A stretch of 64,000 nt of DNA from a virus (Duplodnaviria > Caudoviricetes), in IMG/VR virus record IMGVR_UViG_3300027566_000003, one strand, 5' to 3'. The notes under the pieces are model-generated. The model ran no database searches. It was not told where the DNA came from and saw nothing but the letters and a program-made list of their open reading frames with translations. Each line of letters begins with the position of its first letter. Positions within the stretch are counted from its first letter, which is position 1. The position numbers and the translations under genes were made by a program. This document shows positions 28,220 through 38,817 of the stretch, piece by piece.

Positions 28220-28765
28220 ATGTCAAAAAGTTTGTTGAGTCAAGGATTAATGGAAAATTTGAGATTAATTGTAAAATTTCTATTTGATGGAAATCGTATA
28301 CTCGATAGAATTATGGATAATCTAGCTGTTCCATTAGTTATGACAAAAACAGAAAAAATATTACATGTACCTTTGGATCATCAATATCCTCTTTTAGCAG
28401 ATGAAGTTGTCGACTATATGCACAGTAGAAATCAGATGAGTGGATATTTAGCAACAATTGAAGATATGACAGAGTATAATTCTCCATTAGAAGCTTTTAA
28501 AAGGTATTTAGATTATCAATTAAAATTGGAAGAATTAATAAAAGATACTATAGAAATGGCATCAGATGAAGAAGATAAGATGACTAAGAAATTTTTAAAT
28601 AATTTTTTATTTAAAATAGGTATTTACACAAACCAAGCTCTTTTATTAGTTGATAAAGCAGAAATGTATGGCGATGATAAATTTTCTTGGATGATGATGG
28701 ATAATAATGCAGATAATCTTTTGATTCCTGATTTAATTTTAATTTCTGATAAAGAAGATGATTAA
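28220..28765 (+). CDS. ferritin-like four-helix-bundle protein
   Basis: HQYPLLADEVVDYM...PLEAFKRYLDYQLKLEELI...DKMTKKFLNNFL helix pattern. Confidence 0.6.
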   Translation: MSKSLLSQGLMENLRLIVKFLFDGNRILDRIMDNLAVPLVMTKTEKILHVPLDHQYPLLADEVVDYMHSRNQMSGYLATIEDMTEYNSPLEAFKRYLDYQLKLEELIKDTIEMASDEEDKMTKKFLNNFLFKIGIYTNQALLLVDKAEMYGDDKFSWMMMDNNADNLLIPDLILISDKEDD

Positions 28766-28767
28766 CT

Positions 28768-28965
28768 ATGTTTGTAAAAAATATAGAAGAAACTTTTGAT
28801 GAAAATGAAATATTTTATTGTGATAATTATAAGTTAAAAGACCTTTTAATAAAAAAAGGAATTTATTCTATTAATAACGGTTATAAAAAAAATAAACCAT
28901 ATTGGATTTTTATAAAAAGTAATGATTTATTAATGTGGATTAAAGAATTTAATTTTTGTAATTAA
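28768..28965 (+). CDS. small hypothetical protein (DUF5659-like)
   Basis: FYCDNYKLKDLLIKKGI...YWIF. Confidence 0.55.
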   Translation: MFVKNIEETFDENEIFYCDNYKLKDLLIKKGIYSINNGYKKNKPYWIFIKSNDLLMWIKEFNFCN

Positions 28966-28998
28966 TTCTTTAAAAATATAAAAAAAGGAGGAATAATA

Positions 28999-29442
28999 AT
29001 GAGTTCAAATTATTACAACGGTGATAGTGTAACAGAATTAAAAATTGATAGTTTAAAATTAGCAGATGGTGTTGCAATTACCGCGACTGGTGCTGAATTA
29101 AATATCCTCGATGGAGTGACAAAAACAGCAGCACAAATTAATTTATTAACTACAGGTGTGGCAGCAGGATATAAGATTGCATATGGCACAGCAACTATAG
29201 ATGCCGCTAGCAAAGATATTGCTACTGGACTAACTACTGTTGCAGGTGTTGTTGTATCTTTAGTTGGTGACCCAAGTTTAACACATATGTATTCAACTGC
29301 TACTGTAGGTAATCAAACGAATGCACCAATAGCTGGTAGCATTAGAATTAAGTCTTGGAAACCGACTGCAGCAAATGATGCTACTCCTATAGCAGCGACT
29401 TCAACATTTGCTTCAGTTTCCTGGGTTGCGATTGGGACTTAA
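28999..29442 (+). CDS. head decoration/fibre-like structural protein
   Basis: Ala/Thr-rich, ATGAELNILDG motif, located in the head module. Confidence 0.6.
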   Translation: MSSNYYNGDSVTELKIDSLKLADGVAITATGAELNILDGVTKTAAQINLLTTGVAAGYKIAYGTATIDAASKDIATGLTTVAGVVVSLVGDPSLTHMYSTATVGNQTNAPIAGSIRIKSWKPTAANDATPIAATSTFASVSWVAIGT

Positions 29443-29488
29443 ATTTATTAAGTTTAATTAAATTCATGAATAGAGAGGTGGTGAATAT

Positions 29489-31321
29489 GTGAATGAAATT
29501 GTAAAATTTAATTGTGATAGGTTTACTATTATAGAAGATGATCCAAGATTTATAACTTGTAAATTTTATTTTGGTTTAATCGGAGAAAACGCTAATGGTT
29601 CAGTTCTTTTAAAGGAAGACTATGAAAACAATAAAGACACAATAGGATATACTCCTATTTGTGGGTATTTTAAAGGAAAAGATTTTGGAGAACATGACCC
29701 TAAAGAATATCCCATGGGTGGATTATTAAGTTTTGCTGATTGTGAATATTCTTATGAAGAATATGAAAATAAAATATATGCTGTTGCAAAAGGTATTATC
29801 CAAAAGGAATACTTAAACAAGGAAGCAGAAAACGTTCTGAAAAGCGAAACAAAAAAAATCAGCATAGAAATTGAAGTTTTAGAAAAAGAAAAACTTTCTA
29901 ATGGTAAATTTAGATTTAAAAAATGGATATATCAGTGTATTACTATTTTAGGTGATAAATATACCCAAGGAATGGGACTTGCTCATCTTGAAGTTTTAAA
30001 CAAACCAAGAGAAAAGTATGCAATTTTTGTTAGTAAAACAATTGAAAGTTTTTCGGAAAAAGAAAATAACAATATTTATAGATTAAAAATAAACTTAACT
30101 AAAGAATCTACTGATTTTGATACATCTTGGTCAGAAGTTGATAAAATTTCTTTAAGAGATAAGATTATGGGAGCAAGCAATTATAAAATATTAGTCAAAA
30201 AATGCTATTTAATGGTATTACCAGGATACGAAGATGCCCCTAGTGAAAAACTTAAATATCCAATATGTATGATAAAAGATAATACGTTAATTTTATCAGT
30301 TAAAGGATGTGAATCGGCATTATCTTATCTTGAGAAAAATACAGATGATCCTAATTATCAATCTGCAAAAAATAAATTGAGCAAATATTATAAGATTTTG
30401 GGATTATCAACAGAAAATTTTATAGAAAGTGAGGGTACAGATGTGGGATTTAATAAAACAGAATTCGCGCTATTAAATGGTATGACATCTAATCAAATTG
30501 AAGGTATTTTTGAAGATCAATGCAAAAGTGCCGGATTAGATTGTTGGATATCCGATTGGTCTGATAAATATGTTTTTATCTATGATTATAAGTCAAGTAT
30601 GCATAAAGCTATTCCTTATACTATGGAGGAAAATACATTTAAGCTTGATTTTGCAAATTACAAAAAGGCAATTTCTACTCAAGTATGGTTGGTTGACGGA
30701 GATGATGAGGGAGAAATTCCTGAAACAGATATGATTCAACAAATGGTTGCTTCTATCATGGATAAAATGGCATCCGAAAAATCTACAATGGAAGAAACTA
30801 TGACATGTGACAAGGCAAAGATGGAAGAACAATATACCTTAAAAGTAAATGAGTTAACCGAAGCAAATGAAAAGTTTGCTATTGAGAAAAATGAATTTTC
30901 AGAAAAAATATCTCAAAAGGATGAATCTATTCTTAAAATTGGTCAAGAATTGGATGAACTTAAAGAGAAATATTCATTAAAAGAAACAGAAGTAGAAGCT
31001 TTAAAATCTGATATTACTAAGTTTGCAAAAGACAAAAAAGAGTCTGAGGCAGAAACTATTCTTGCAAAATATTCTAAGAAGATAAGCGAGGAAGAAAGAA
31101 CAGAACTATTTTCTAAATTAGAAAAATTTTCCTCTGTGGAAGATTTTGAAAAAGAAGTTAAAGCTTTTGTATGTGATAAATATGAATCAGAAATTAAAGG
31201 GAAAGATATTTCTACATATTCACGTTTAGGATTGCCACCTGTAACAAATGAAGAAGTAAAGACCAATAATGAACATTGGACTTCTTATATATCTGAGTAT
31301 GTTCCTCAAGTACAAAAATAA
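29489..31321 (+). CDS. prohead protease/scaffold fusion (YonD-like)
   Basis: N-terminal protease-like domain (PICGYF..DFGEH, ISIEIE, ITILG) and long C-terminal coiled coil; precedes the capsid genes. Confidence 0.7.
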   Translation: MNEIVKFNCDRFTIIEDDPRFITCKFYFGLIGENANGSVLLKEDYENNKDTIGYTPICGYFKGKDFGEHDPKEYPMGGLLSFADCEYSYEEYENKIYAVAKGIIQKEYLNKEAENVLKSETKKISIEIEVLEKEKLSNGKFRFKKWIYQCITILGDKYTQGMGLAHLEVLNKPREKYAIFVSKTIESFSEKENNNIYRLKINLTKESTDFDTSWSEVDKISLRDKIMGASNYKILVKKCYLMVLPGYEDAPSEKLKYPICMIKDNTLILSVKGCESALSYLEKNTDDPNYQSAKNKLSKYYKILGLSTENFIESEGTDVGFNKTEFALLNGMTSNQIEGIFEDQCKSAGLDCWISDWSDKYVFIYDYKSSMHKAIPYTMEENTFKLDFANYKKAISTQVWLVDGDDEGEIPETDMIQQMVASIMDKMASEKSTMEETMTCDKAKMEEQYTLKVNELTEANEKFAIEKNEFSEKISQKDESILKIGQELDELKEKYSLKETEVEALKSDITKFAKDKKESEAETILAKYSKKISEEERTELFSKLEKFSSVEDFEKEVKAFVCDKYESEIKGKDISTYSRLGLPPVTNEEVKTNNEHWTSYISEYVPQVQK

Positions 31322-31349
31322 TTTTTAAAAAAGAAAGGATTGATTAATA

Positions 31350-31874
31350 ATGGCTTATAATATTGTTGAATTCATGAATGAGGCATCTTTTGATGCAGAC
31401 GTTTTAAGTGTACAAAACGCAACTCTTCCGCTTGATGATGGTTATCTTGGAAAATTAACAGGTTTGGTAAGTGGAGAGAGAGATTTATATCTTATTGCTG
31501 TACCTGCTGCCGTAACAACTGAAGAGGTAGTAATGGTTGTTGGAGCAGAGGTTTATGTTGATGCTAATGGAATGAGGGTTCCCTTGCACAACAAAGCAAG
31601 TTTTACTTATCCTGCCACCAGACCTGTTAGGGCATATCGCCTACGCGCTGGTATGAGATTTAAGGTTAATACTGCTGGAATTGATGGATCTCCTGTTGTT
31701 GGACAATATGTAATTCCAGTCAATGGAACATTCCAATATGCAGCCGCAGCAGATTTAACTGGTAATACAAGAGTTGCTTTTATTGTTGAAGAAACTGGAA
31801 CTGCAACTTGTAATATTTTTACTGGTAAGACTATGGTAGACGCAACAATTATTCGTGTAGTTAAAGGCGTATAA
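31350..31874 (+). CDS. capsid decoration/cement protein (YonC-like)
   Basis: 174 aa between scaffold and major capsid; beta-rich. Confidence 0.6.
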   Translation: MAYNIVEFMNEASFDADVLSVQNATLPLDDGYLGKLTGLVSGERDLYLIAVPAAVTTEEVVMVVGAEVYVDANGMRVPLHNKASFTYPATRPVRAYRLRAGMRFKVNTAGIDGSPVVGQYVIPVNGTFQYAAAADLTGNTRVAFIVEETGTATCNIFTGKTMVDATIIRVVKGV

Positions 31875-31913
31875 AAATATTAAATAAAATAATGAAAGGA
31901 ATGATAAATAATT

Positions 31914-33020
31914 ATGAATAGAATTGCTAGATTTTCTAAGAAACAAGTAGCCGCAGTAGAATTGGGTGTGGAATTATATAAGCATCATCTTTATGAGAAA
32001 GAAAATGTGGGAGGTAGAAATATTCATTATTCTACTTTTGCAAATACTAAAGATGCAAGTGGATATGTAATTCCATTAAAAGACAAAAATATTATGTTCG
32101 GTAATATGATGGCAGATGAAGCATATGAAATTTCTGGATTAGATAAAGAACGTTTCCCTTTAATTGAAGCATTTACTTTCCAAAATTTTGAACGTGCTTA
32201 TTTTTCTGTTTTGGAAGAAACATTAAATAAAATTAATGCAAAAACTGAAATTGAACAAGCTTTAAACTTCTGTGAGGTAAAATCGTTTGCAGACGGTGAC
32301 TCGTACACCTTCCATATTCCAAGTAACCATTTATTGTCTGTTTCTACGGTTGCAAATGGTGTGAGAAGTGTACATTTTCAAACATTGTGGGAAGAAGATG
32401 TTACTCTTACTCCTAAAGTTAAGAAAGCTGGAGTTAAAATTGATATTTATCGTGTATCTTCTGGTATGTATGACTGGGGTTGGTTGATTAATCAAGTAGT
32501 TAAATCTTTCCGTACTAAAATGCAACAAGAAGTTATTGACATTGTTTATGGTGGATACACTACCATTGGAACTAATTTTAAAGAATCTACTTTTGCACAA
32601 GATTCATATATTCAACTCGCGGAAAGAGTTTCTGGAGCAAACGGTTCTCCTTGTGTTACTATTGGTACTAAAACAGCATTAAATAAAATTTTGCCAACCT
32701 CAGATTTCATGAAAATGCAACTTGGGCAAGAGTATGTTGATGTCGGATATATTCAAGCACCATTTGGGATTCCGACAATTCGTTTGGAGCAATCTATTAA
32801 ACCAAATTCTGCTTATGATTTCGCAATAGATAATAACTATATTGTTTTGATAAGTTCTGCTGTTGATAAAATCGCGAAGATGGCAATGGAAGGGAAAATG
32901 ACCATTCGACAATCTCGTGACTTTGAAAATAGTGACGATACTCGTTCTTATACTATTACAGACAAGTGGGAAATAAAATTAGCCTCTGCGTCATATTATG
33001 GCATGGTCAAAGTGTCGTAG
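31914..33020 (+). CDS. major capsid protein (YonB-like)
   Basis: 368 aa, canonical position, codon usage of a highly expressed gene, followed by a terminator. Confidence 0.75.
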   Translation: MNRIARFSKKQVAAVELGVELYKHHLYEKENVGGRNIHYSTFANTKDASGYVIPLKDKNIMFGNMMADEAYEISGLDKERFPLIEAFTFQNFERAYFSVLEETLNKINAKTEIEQALNFCEVKSFADGDSYTFHIPSNHLLSVSTVANGVRSVHFQTLWEEDVTLTPKVKKAGVKIDIYRVSSGMYDWGWLINQVVKSFRTKMQQEVIDIVYGGYTTIGTNFKESTFAQDSYIQLAERVSGANGSPCVTIGTKTALNKILPTSDFMKMQLGQEYVDVGYIQAPFGIPTIRLEQSIKPNSAYDFAIDNNYIVLISSAVDKIAKMAMEGKMTIRQSRDFENSDDTRSYTITDKWEIKLASASYYGMVKVS

Positions 33021-33032
33021 TATTTAAATTAT

Positions 33033-33063
33033 AAAAAGACACTTGTTTATTCAGGTGTCTTTT
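33033..33063 (+). terminator. intrinsic terminator after the major capsid gene
   Basis: AAAAGACACTTG...CAGGTGTCTTTT. Confidence 0.7.
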
Positions 33064-33117
33064 TATATAAATATTTTAAATAAAATACATATAGCCAAAG
33101 GAGAATTAAATAAAAAT

Positions 33118-33852
33118 ATGGCAAAACAACCATCTAATGTTTCGAATACTACAACAGAGACTTCAATTGTTTCTGAAACATCTGCACATTCTCTTGAATC
33201 AGAATTAATTTTAAAGAACAAAGAGTTGGAAAATAAAATAAATAATCTTACTCTTATGATGGAACAATTTCTATCTTCTCAAATAAAAAAAGAAGAAAAA
33301 ACGAATGAAGAAATTATTGAATATGAAAAACAAATAGCGAAACCTCAAAAACAAGAAAAAGATAAAGGTTTTCAAGCGTATGTAAATATTGATCATACTA
33401 AAAGAATTTTATTAATGAATATGATGCACGCTGGAGGAACTTTTACAACACATAGTAACAAACCAATTAGATTTAATCATTTTGGTCATATTCAACATGC
33501 TCGTTTTGAAGATGTCGAAAGTTTAGCATCAAAATACAGAAGTTATTTTGAAAAACTAGAAATAAGAATCTTAAATGACGATGATGCTGTAGAAGCTTTA
33601 TATTTAAAAGAAAGTTATAATAAGTACGATATCTCCAAAGAAGAACTTGAGAATATTATTGAATTGGATGCACAAAAAATTGTAGAGAAAATTAAATCTT
33701 TATCAGAACCGATGCAAGAATCAGCTTTATCTTTGATTGTTTCCAATGTCTCTAAAAGTAATCCTAAATTTATGGACAAAAATAAATGGGAAATTATTAA
33801 TAATGCATTTGGAATTAATATTCAAGAATTTGCTAATAAATACATTGGTTAA
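33118..33852 (+). CDS. virion morphogenesis protein (YonA-like)
   Basis: RBS AAGGAG before ATG 33118 (the track start at 33043 lacks an RBS); synteny. Confidence 0.6.
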   Translation: MAKQPSNVSNTTTETSIVSETSAHSLESELILKNKELENKINNLTLMMEQFLSSQIKKEEKTNEEIIEYEKQIAKPQKQEKDKGFQAYVNIDHTKRILLMNMMHAGGTFTTHSNKPIRFNHFGHIQHARFEDVESLASKYRSYFEKLEIRILNDDDAVEALYLKESYNKYDISKEELENIIELDAQKIVEKIKSLSEPMQESALSLIVSNVSKSNPKFMDKNKWEIINNAFGINIQEFANKYIG

Positions 33853-33878
33853 GATAAAAGAAAGGTGAGGATGATTCT

Positions 33879-34358
33879 ATGGCAACGCCTTTTGATGTTT
33901 TTTTTGAACAGTTCTTATTGATCATAGATGATTCAAGGTTTGTGACAAATTACACTCCAAATGAGCTTGCCATGGAATTATCAAAATATCTATATAGATC
34001 AATAGGAATATGTGGGGACTACCTATATATAGATTTAAATAGTTATACACCAACTACGGTAGATGATAATGATATATTATCAATTGGTGAATTTGCAGAT
34101 AGTTTTATTATGCAAGAAATAACATTTGTTGCAAGAGGTATGGTTATTCCTTATCTTGAATTTCAATTACAAAAAAATAAACATCTTAATCAAATAGTTT
34201 ATGGAAAAAATTATTTAGTTCACTCACAAGCAAATCATATAAAAGAGAATAGGGAAACAGTAAATAATGCAAAAAATAGTTTAATACAAGATATGATTAT
34301 GTATACCTACCATAAAGACCCTAATAATTTGCAAGGATCTAGTGGAGGTAGCATTTAA
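33879..34358 (+). CDS. head-tail adaptor/neck protein (YomZ-like)
   Basis: MATPFDVFFEQFL...; position after the capsid genes. Confidence 0.55.
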   Translation: MATPFDVFFEQFLLIIDDSRFVTNYTPNELAMELSKYLYRSIGICGDYLYIDLNSYTPTTVDDNDILSIGEFADSFIMQEITFVARGMVIPYLEFQLQKNKHLNQIVYGKNYLVHSQANHIKENRETVNNAKNSLIQDMIMYTYHKDPNNLQGSSGGSI

Positions 34359-34359
34359 A

Positions 34360-35634
34360 ATGGGTTTAAATGATTTAATTAGTAATTATAATAAAAGAAT
34401 ATCTTCAAATGGATTATCAATCAAAGATGAATATGTAAACTCCTTACTAGACAACATCAACGATTCTTTCTACACTTCTCCATCCTATTATCAAATTACA
34501 AAAAATGAGGATTATATTACAAAATTTGATGCATGGATAACTGACGAAAAAAGTTATGATGCAGATATTTCAAAAAAACAAATTAATATGAAACCAGGAC
34601 AATTATTATCTCAAGGAGAAATAATCAATTGGGAAAATAAAAAATGGTTATGTACTAAGATTGATCAACAAGATACATATTGGAACAATGGTTTGATTGA
34701 ATTTTGTAATTATGAGTTAAAATGGGTAAATCAAGATGGTTTAGTTGTAAGTGCTTGGGGAGTACTAGAAGATAGAAAATCTTTCACAGAGGGAATTCAA
34801 GAGAATAAATACATTATTGTTGGTGATTCAAATTATATTATTACATTACCTCGTAACGACAATACACTTGAAATTCGTAGAGATGATAAATTTTTAATTA
34901 GTAATAATTCTAATAATCCTATTGGATATAAAGTTATAAAAGTTAATGATAGTTATAAATATGGTTTAATTATCTTGAATCTTCAAGAATTAGGAGCAGA
35001 AATATCTCCAAATGATAATGCAGAATTAATGATTGCAAATTATTATAATAGAATTGCTAGTTACTCCCTCCAAATCCTAAACACCCCAAATCTCCAACAA
35101 GATATTTCTACCGAACTTCAAATCCAAGTTCAAATAACACGCACAATAAACAATATCTCAACAGTCCTCTCCCCTAATCCATCACTATTATACGAATCAA
35201 GTAATACTTCAATCTGCACAATTAATTCTACAGGATTATGTACATTTTTAAGTGAAGGGAATGTGGATATAACTGTTAAATTAGCAGATGATGAGGAAAT
35301 TAGTGATTTGATAAGTATAGATGTGATTTCAGGTGTTGTGGATAATTATAGTTATAGCTTGGTGGGGAATGATTCTATTAAATTGAATCAAACTGCTATA
35401 TATGTCGCAAAGAGATATAATAATTCTGTTGAAATTGTTAGTGAGGAATTTGATTTCGAAGTGGTTGGGGATGTGCCTATAAACAAGTATTTGTTGACGA
35501 TTATTAATGGAAGTGTAAATTCTGTTAATTTGAAGTGTCTTGGATATCCGCATACGATTACTTTGAGGGCATATTTGAGGAGTAATCATGGAATCTTTGT
35601 TGAGAAAAATGTGGATTTGAAGGGGATTATTTAG
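34360..35634 (+). CDS. head-closure/neck protein with Ig-like C-terminal domains
   Basis: RBS GGAGGT before ATG 34360; CNYELKW motif; YESSNTSICTINSTGLCT..G.VDITV (Big_2-like). Confidence 0.65.
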   Translation: MGLNDLISNYNKRISSNGLSIKDEYVNSLLDNINDSFYTSPSYYQITKNEDYITKFDAWITDEKSYDADISKKQINMKPGQLLSQGEIINWENKKWLCTKIDQQDTYWNNGLIEFCNYELKWVNQDGLVVSAWGVLEDRKSFTEGIQENKYIIVGDSNYIITLPRNDNTLEIRRDDKFLISNNSNNPIGYKVIKVNDSYKYGLIILNLQELGAEISPNDNAELMIANYYNRIASYSLQILNTPNLQQDISTELQIQVQITRTINNISTVLSPNPSLLYESSNTSICTINSTGLCTFLSEGNVDITVKLADDEEISDLISIDVISGVVDNYSYSLVGNDSIKLNQTAIYVAKRYNNSVEIVSEEFDFEVVGDVPINKYLLTIINGSVNSVNLKCLGYPHTITLRAYLRSNHGIFVEKNVDLKGII

Positions 35635-35691
35635 GTTGTGATTAATAATGGTTAATATAATAAATTTAATTTGTTAGGTTGGTGGTGATAG

Positions 35692-36216
35692 ATGTCAAAT
35701 AAATTTGTTGATTATGTTGAACTTAATGGTGTGGAAAAAATAATCAATTATTTAACAAGCTATATTATACAAAATGATAATATATGCAAACTTTTAAAAT
35801 ACAACGATGAAAATGCTTTATCTTATTCTTTAACAGATGAAGATAGATATATTTTAATAGACTCAAATCCAATAAATAAAGATAATCGTAGAATATACTT
35901 TCAACCATACATTAATAAAACAATAATAAAAGAGCAAACAGAACTACGTATATATCCTGCAAGTTTTGATATTGAGACTAGGGTTTTGGGAAAAGTTTAT
36001 TTAGCAATAGATATAATTTTACATAATGATTTATGGGATTTAGTTGATTCAAGAATTCGTCCTTTAGCATTGCTAAATGAACTTTTAATTTCACTTAATG
36101 GTACTAATGTTGAAGGCATAGGTCTTCTTAATCTTGAAAAAGAAAGAATCTCATTAATTGCCTATAATGATTATATTTCTGGTTATCGAATCATCTTGTG
36201 TACTAGGGTAGTTTAG
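35692..36216 (+). CDS. putative tail-completion/terminator protein
   Basis: 174 aa in the neck-tail position. Confidence 0.5.
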   Translation: MSNKFVDYVELNGVEKIINYLTSYIIQNDNICKLLKYNDENALSYSLTDEDRYILIDSNPINKDNRRIYFQPYINKTIIKEQTELRIYPASFDIETRVLGKVYLAIDIILHNDLWDLVDSRIRPLALLNELLISLNGTNVEGIGLLNLEKERISLIAYNDYISGYRIILCTRVV

Positions 36217-36217
36217 T

Positions 36218-37132
36218 ATGGATATGTCGCAGTATGAACAATATTTAATCTATAATAAACCCATCCCTTATATGTCAGAAAAATCATTAAAAAGAAGACA
36301 AGAAATTGAAAATGAAATTATTAAATTAAATAACAATAAGACATTTAATGAAAACAATGATGAAGAAATAAAATCTAAATTATCTCAACTACAAGAAGAA
36401 TATGAAAAACTAATATTATTAATCTATCCAGTAAAAATGATTGATTATCTTCGTTTTTACACGTCTGTTAATTGTTTATCCTTTGATAAAAATAAAATTC
36501 CTGACCCAAAAGTAATATCTATGAGTTATTTAGATTTTATTTTTCATTTAATAGAAAATGATCCCAATGGAAAATATTATGCATTGATGTTGTGTGACGT
36601 TTTAAATTTATGTTGCAAAATTGAAATTAATAAAATTAGTTATCGAAAAAGCGAAACCGGAAAAATCAATTTAATTATTGAAAAAGATGAAAATGAAGAA
36701 GTAATTAATGCAAACGATTTTGAAAATATTAAAAATATAATATTAAAACAGAATATTCCTGATTATGATGACTCATATATTGATCCAAAAATAGAAGAAG
36801 TTCTAAAAGAAACTGAGGAATTTTTAAATAGACATAAAAAGAAAATGGCTTCCTTAGAAGATCAAATAATTTGTGTGATGTTGGCATTACATGAAACAAA
36901 TGAAGAAAAAATACATAATCTTACCATACGAAAATTTTCAAAAATACTTCAAAGATATGACTTTAAACTTCATTATGAAATTTATAAAACTGCTGAAATG
37001 GGTGGCATGGTAACATTTAAACAAGAAATTGATCATTGGATGAGCGAAATTTCAAATAAGAAATATTCTAGTTTTGATAATACTATCGTAGAATATGATG
37101 CACTAAAAAGTAAAATAGAAAGTGCTACATAG
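36218..37132 (+). CDS. conserved tail-module protein (YomV-like)
   Basis: 304 aa, LTIRKFSKILQRYD...IDHW; synteny only. Confidence 0.5.
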   Translation: MDMSQYEQYLIYNKPIPYMSEKSLKRRQEIENEIIKLNNNKTFNENNDEEIKSKLSQLQEEYEKLILLIYPVKMIDYLRFYTSVNCLSFDKNKIPDPKVISMSYLDFIFHLIENDPNGKYYALMLCDVLNLCCKIEINKISYRKSETGKINLIIEKDENEEVINANDFENIKNIILKQNIPDYDDSYIDPKIEEVLKETEEFLNRHKKKMASLEDQIICVMLALHETNEEKIHNLTIRKFSKILQRYDFKLHYEIYKTAEMGGMVTFKQEIDHWMSEISNKKYSSFDNTIVEYDALKSKIESAT

Positions 37133-37156
37133 GTATATAAATAATATTAAGGAGGA

Positions 37157-38203
37157 ATGTTAATTATGGCAATTAATAAAAAGTTTATTGCTGGAGTGGG
37201 AAGAACTTTTAACTATGATGCAAACGATAATCTTTTATGGGTAGGAAAAACATTATTAAATAGCGCAATTGATATTACATCATCCCAACAAGAGTTAAGG
37301 GCTGGCATTGGAAATTCTTTACAAATGGTGTATTTTCATTCTGGTAAGTTAGAATTAACACAAGAGGAACAACAATTTAACTTAACAATGATTGCTAATT
37401 CTATTGGATCGACTATCACAACTGGAGGTTCAGTTTGGGTAGAAGAAACAGTAACGGTTACTGGAGGTGCTGGATCGGTATTAGGCACTCCTATAGCCAC
37501 ATCAACGGGGACAGTGTATGGGTGGGTCGAACAAAGCGATGGAACAACTCAAAGAATTACCTTTTCAACCAAGTCATTTTCTGGAATTACTCAACAAACA
37601 GGCAATGTTTGTGTAAGATATTATGCAACAAATTCAGCAGCCAGAGTTATTAATGTTAATGCAAATATTATTCCTAATGTTGTTAGGACTGTAATAGAGG
37701 CACAAATGTTTTCTGGTGATACTAATAATGCAAGCACATCAACTTTAGTTGGTAAAGTCCTTGTAGAAGTTCCAAGACTTCAACTAGACGGAAGTGCTAA
37801 ATTAAATTTAACAAGTACAGGTGTTTCTAGTACACCAATTAAAGGTACTGCACTAGCATCTACTGTTGCAGGATGTAGTTCTTCTGGAATTTATGCAACA
37901 ATTACTGAAGTTTTAGATTCGGCTAACTGGTATGATGACGTTTTTGCATTGGCTTTGACTGTAGACCCTATTACTTTAACCACCGCTATATCCCCTCTGA
38001 CAGTAGATTTAAGAGCAATTCCCACAAATGGACTTGCGTTTAAACCACCATATGGAGATATTACATGGGCAACATCTGATGCAACTAAATTTACTGTTTC
38101 TAATGGAGTTTTAACAAAAGTTGCCGCCGGAAGTGCAAACTTAAATTATACAATCACCGGGAAAACTTCTATTACAGGTCAAACGGTTGTGACGGTTTCT
38201 TAA
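37157..38203 (+). CDS. major tail (tube) protein with C-terminal Ig-like domain
   Basis: Thr/Ser/Gly-rich; C-terminal ITWATSDATKFTVSNGVLT (Big_2-like); followed by a hairpin terminator. Confidence 0.75.
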   Translation: MLIMAINKKFIAGVGRTFNYDANDNLLWVGKTLLNSAIDITSSQQELRAGIGNSLQMVYFHSGKLELTQEEQQFNLTMIANSIGSTITTGGSVWVEETVTVTGGAGSVLGTPIATSTGTVYGWVEQSDGTTQRITFSTKSFSGITQQTGNVCVRYYATNSAARVINVNANIIPNVVRTVIEAQMFSGDTNNASTSTLVGKVLVEVPRLQLDGSAKLNLTSTGVSSTPIKGTALASTVAGCSSSGIYATITEVLDSANWYDDVFALALTVDPITLTTAISPLTVDLRAIPTNGLAFKPPYGDITWATSDATKFTVSNGVLTKVAAGSANLNYTITGKTSITGQTVVTVS

Positions 38204-38262
38204 TTAAATAAATAAAATATAAATAATAGAGTTTAACATCCTCTATTATTTATATTGTTTAG

Positions 38263-38685
38263 GTGAATTTTATGAATATATGTGAACACGGAACAATAAA
38301 AATAGATAGTATAAATCAAAGTATATTTTGTAATATATTAAAAGAAAATTGTTGTTTTGTAAGATGGTGTATTATTGAACAGTGTATTTTAAATACAAAT
38401 AATTATATTAATTGTAAGGTAAGGATTAACAATATGGTAAAAATAAAAAATAATATAGAAAAAGATAATAACATTAATTTAAATATTATTAATGATTCAA
38501 ATGAAGAATATTGCAAAGTGCTTTGGTTAAGAGATAATACATTCGCCATTGACTTTAAAGGGTATGGGATTTCTATTCAAATAGAAAATTTACTTAATAG
38601 GGGAAAAATTAAAGAATATATAAAAGTAAAATACGAAAGCGAAATTGGAAAAGAAGATTTTAAAATATTTCCAATTTATGAATAG
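38263..38685 (+). CDS. hypothetical protein (Cys-rich N-terminus)
   Basis: CEH...C...CCFVRWC; FAIDFKGYG. Confidence 0.55.
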   Translation: MNFMNICEHGTIKIDSINQSIFCNILKENCCFVRWCIIEQCILNTNNYINCKVRINNMVKIKNNIEKDNNINLNIINDSNEEYCKVLWLRDNTFAIDFKGYGISIQIENLLNRGKIKEYIKVKYESEIGKEDFKIFPIYE

Positions 38686-38707
38686 TATTTTAGATTTAAC
38701 AAACTAA

Positions 38708-38817
38708 AAAATGGTTTCTTATAAATTTGCGCAAATTTATAAGTGTAATTAAGAAGACTATATTATCCGAGATATAGTCTTCTTTCCCATTCTCTGATTC
38801 GGGAAGGAGAAAATAAT
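38708..38817 (+). promoter_or_regulatory. conserved double-hairpin/pseudoknot leader, copy 1
   Basis: ATGGTT - palindrome 38719-38742 - GTGTAA - 13-bp hairpin 38751-38784 (loop TATCCGAG) - TTCGGG - RBS AAGGAG. Confidence 0.7.

Noticed and set aside
35062-35640. Diversity-generating retroelement variable repeat
   Set aside because: No reverse transcriptase and no template/variable repeat pair seen; changes are mainly synonymous.
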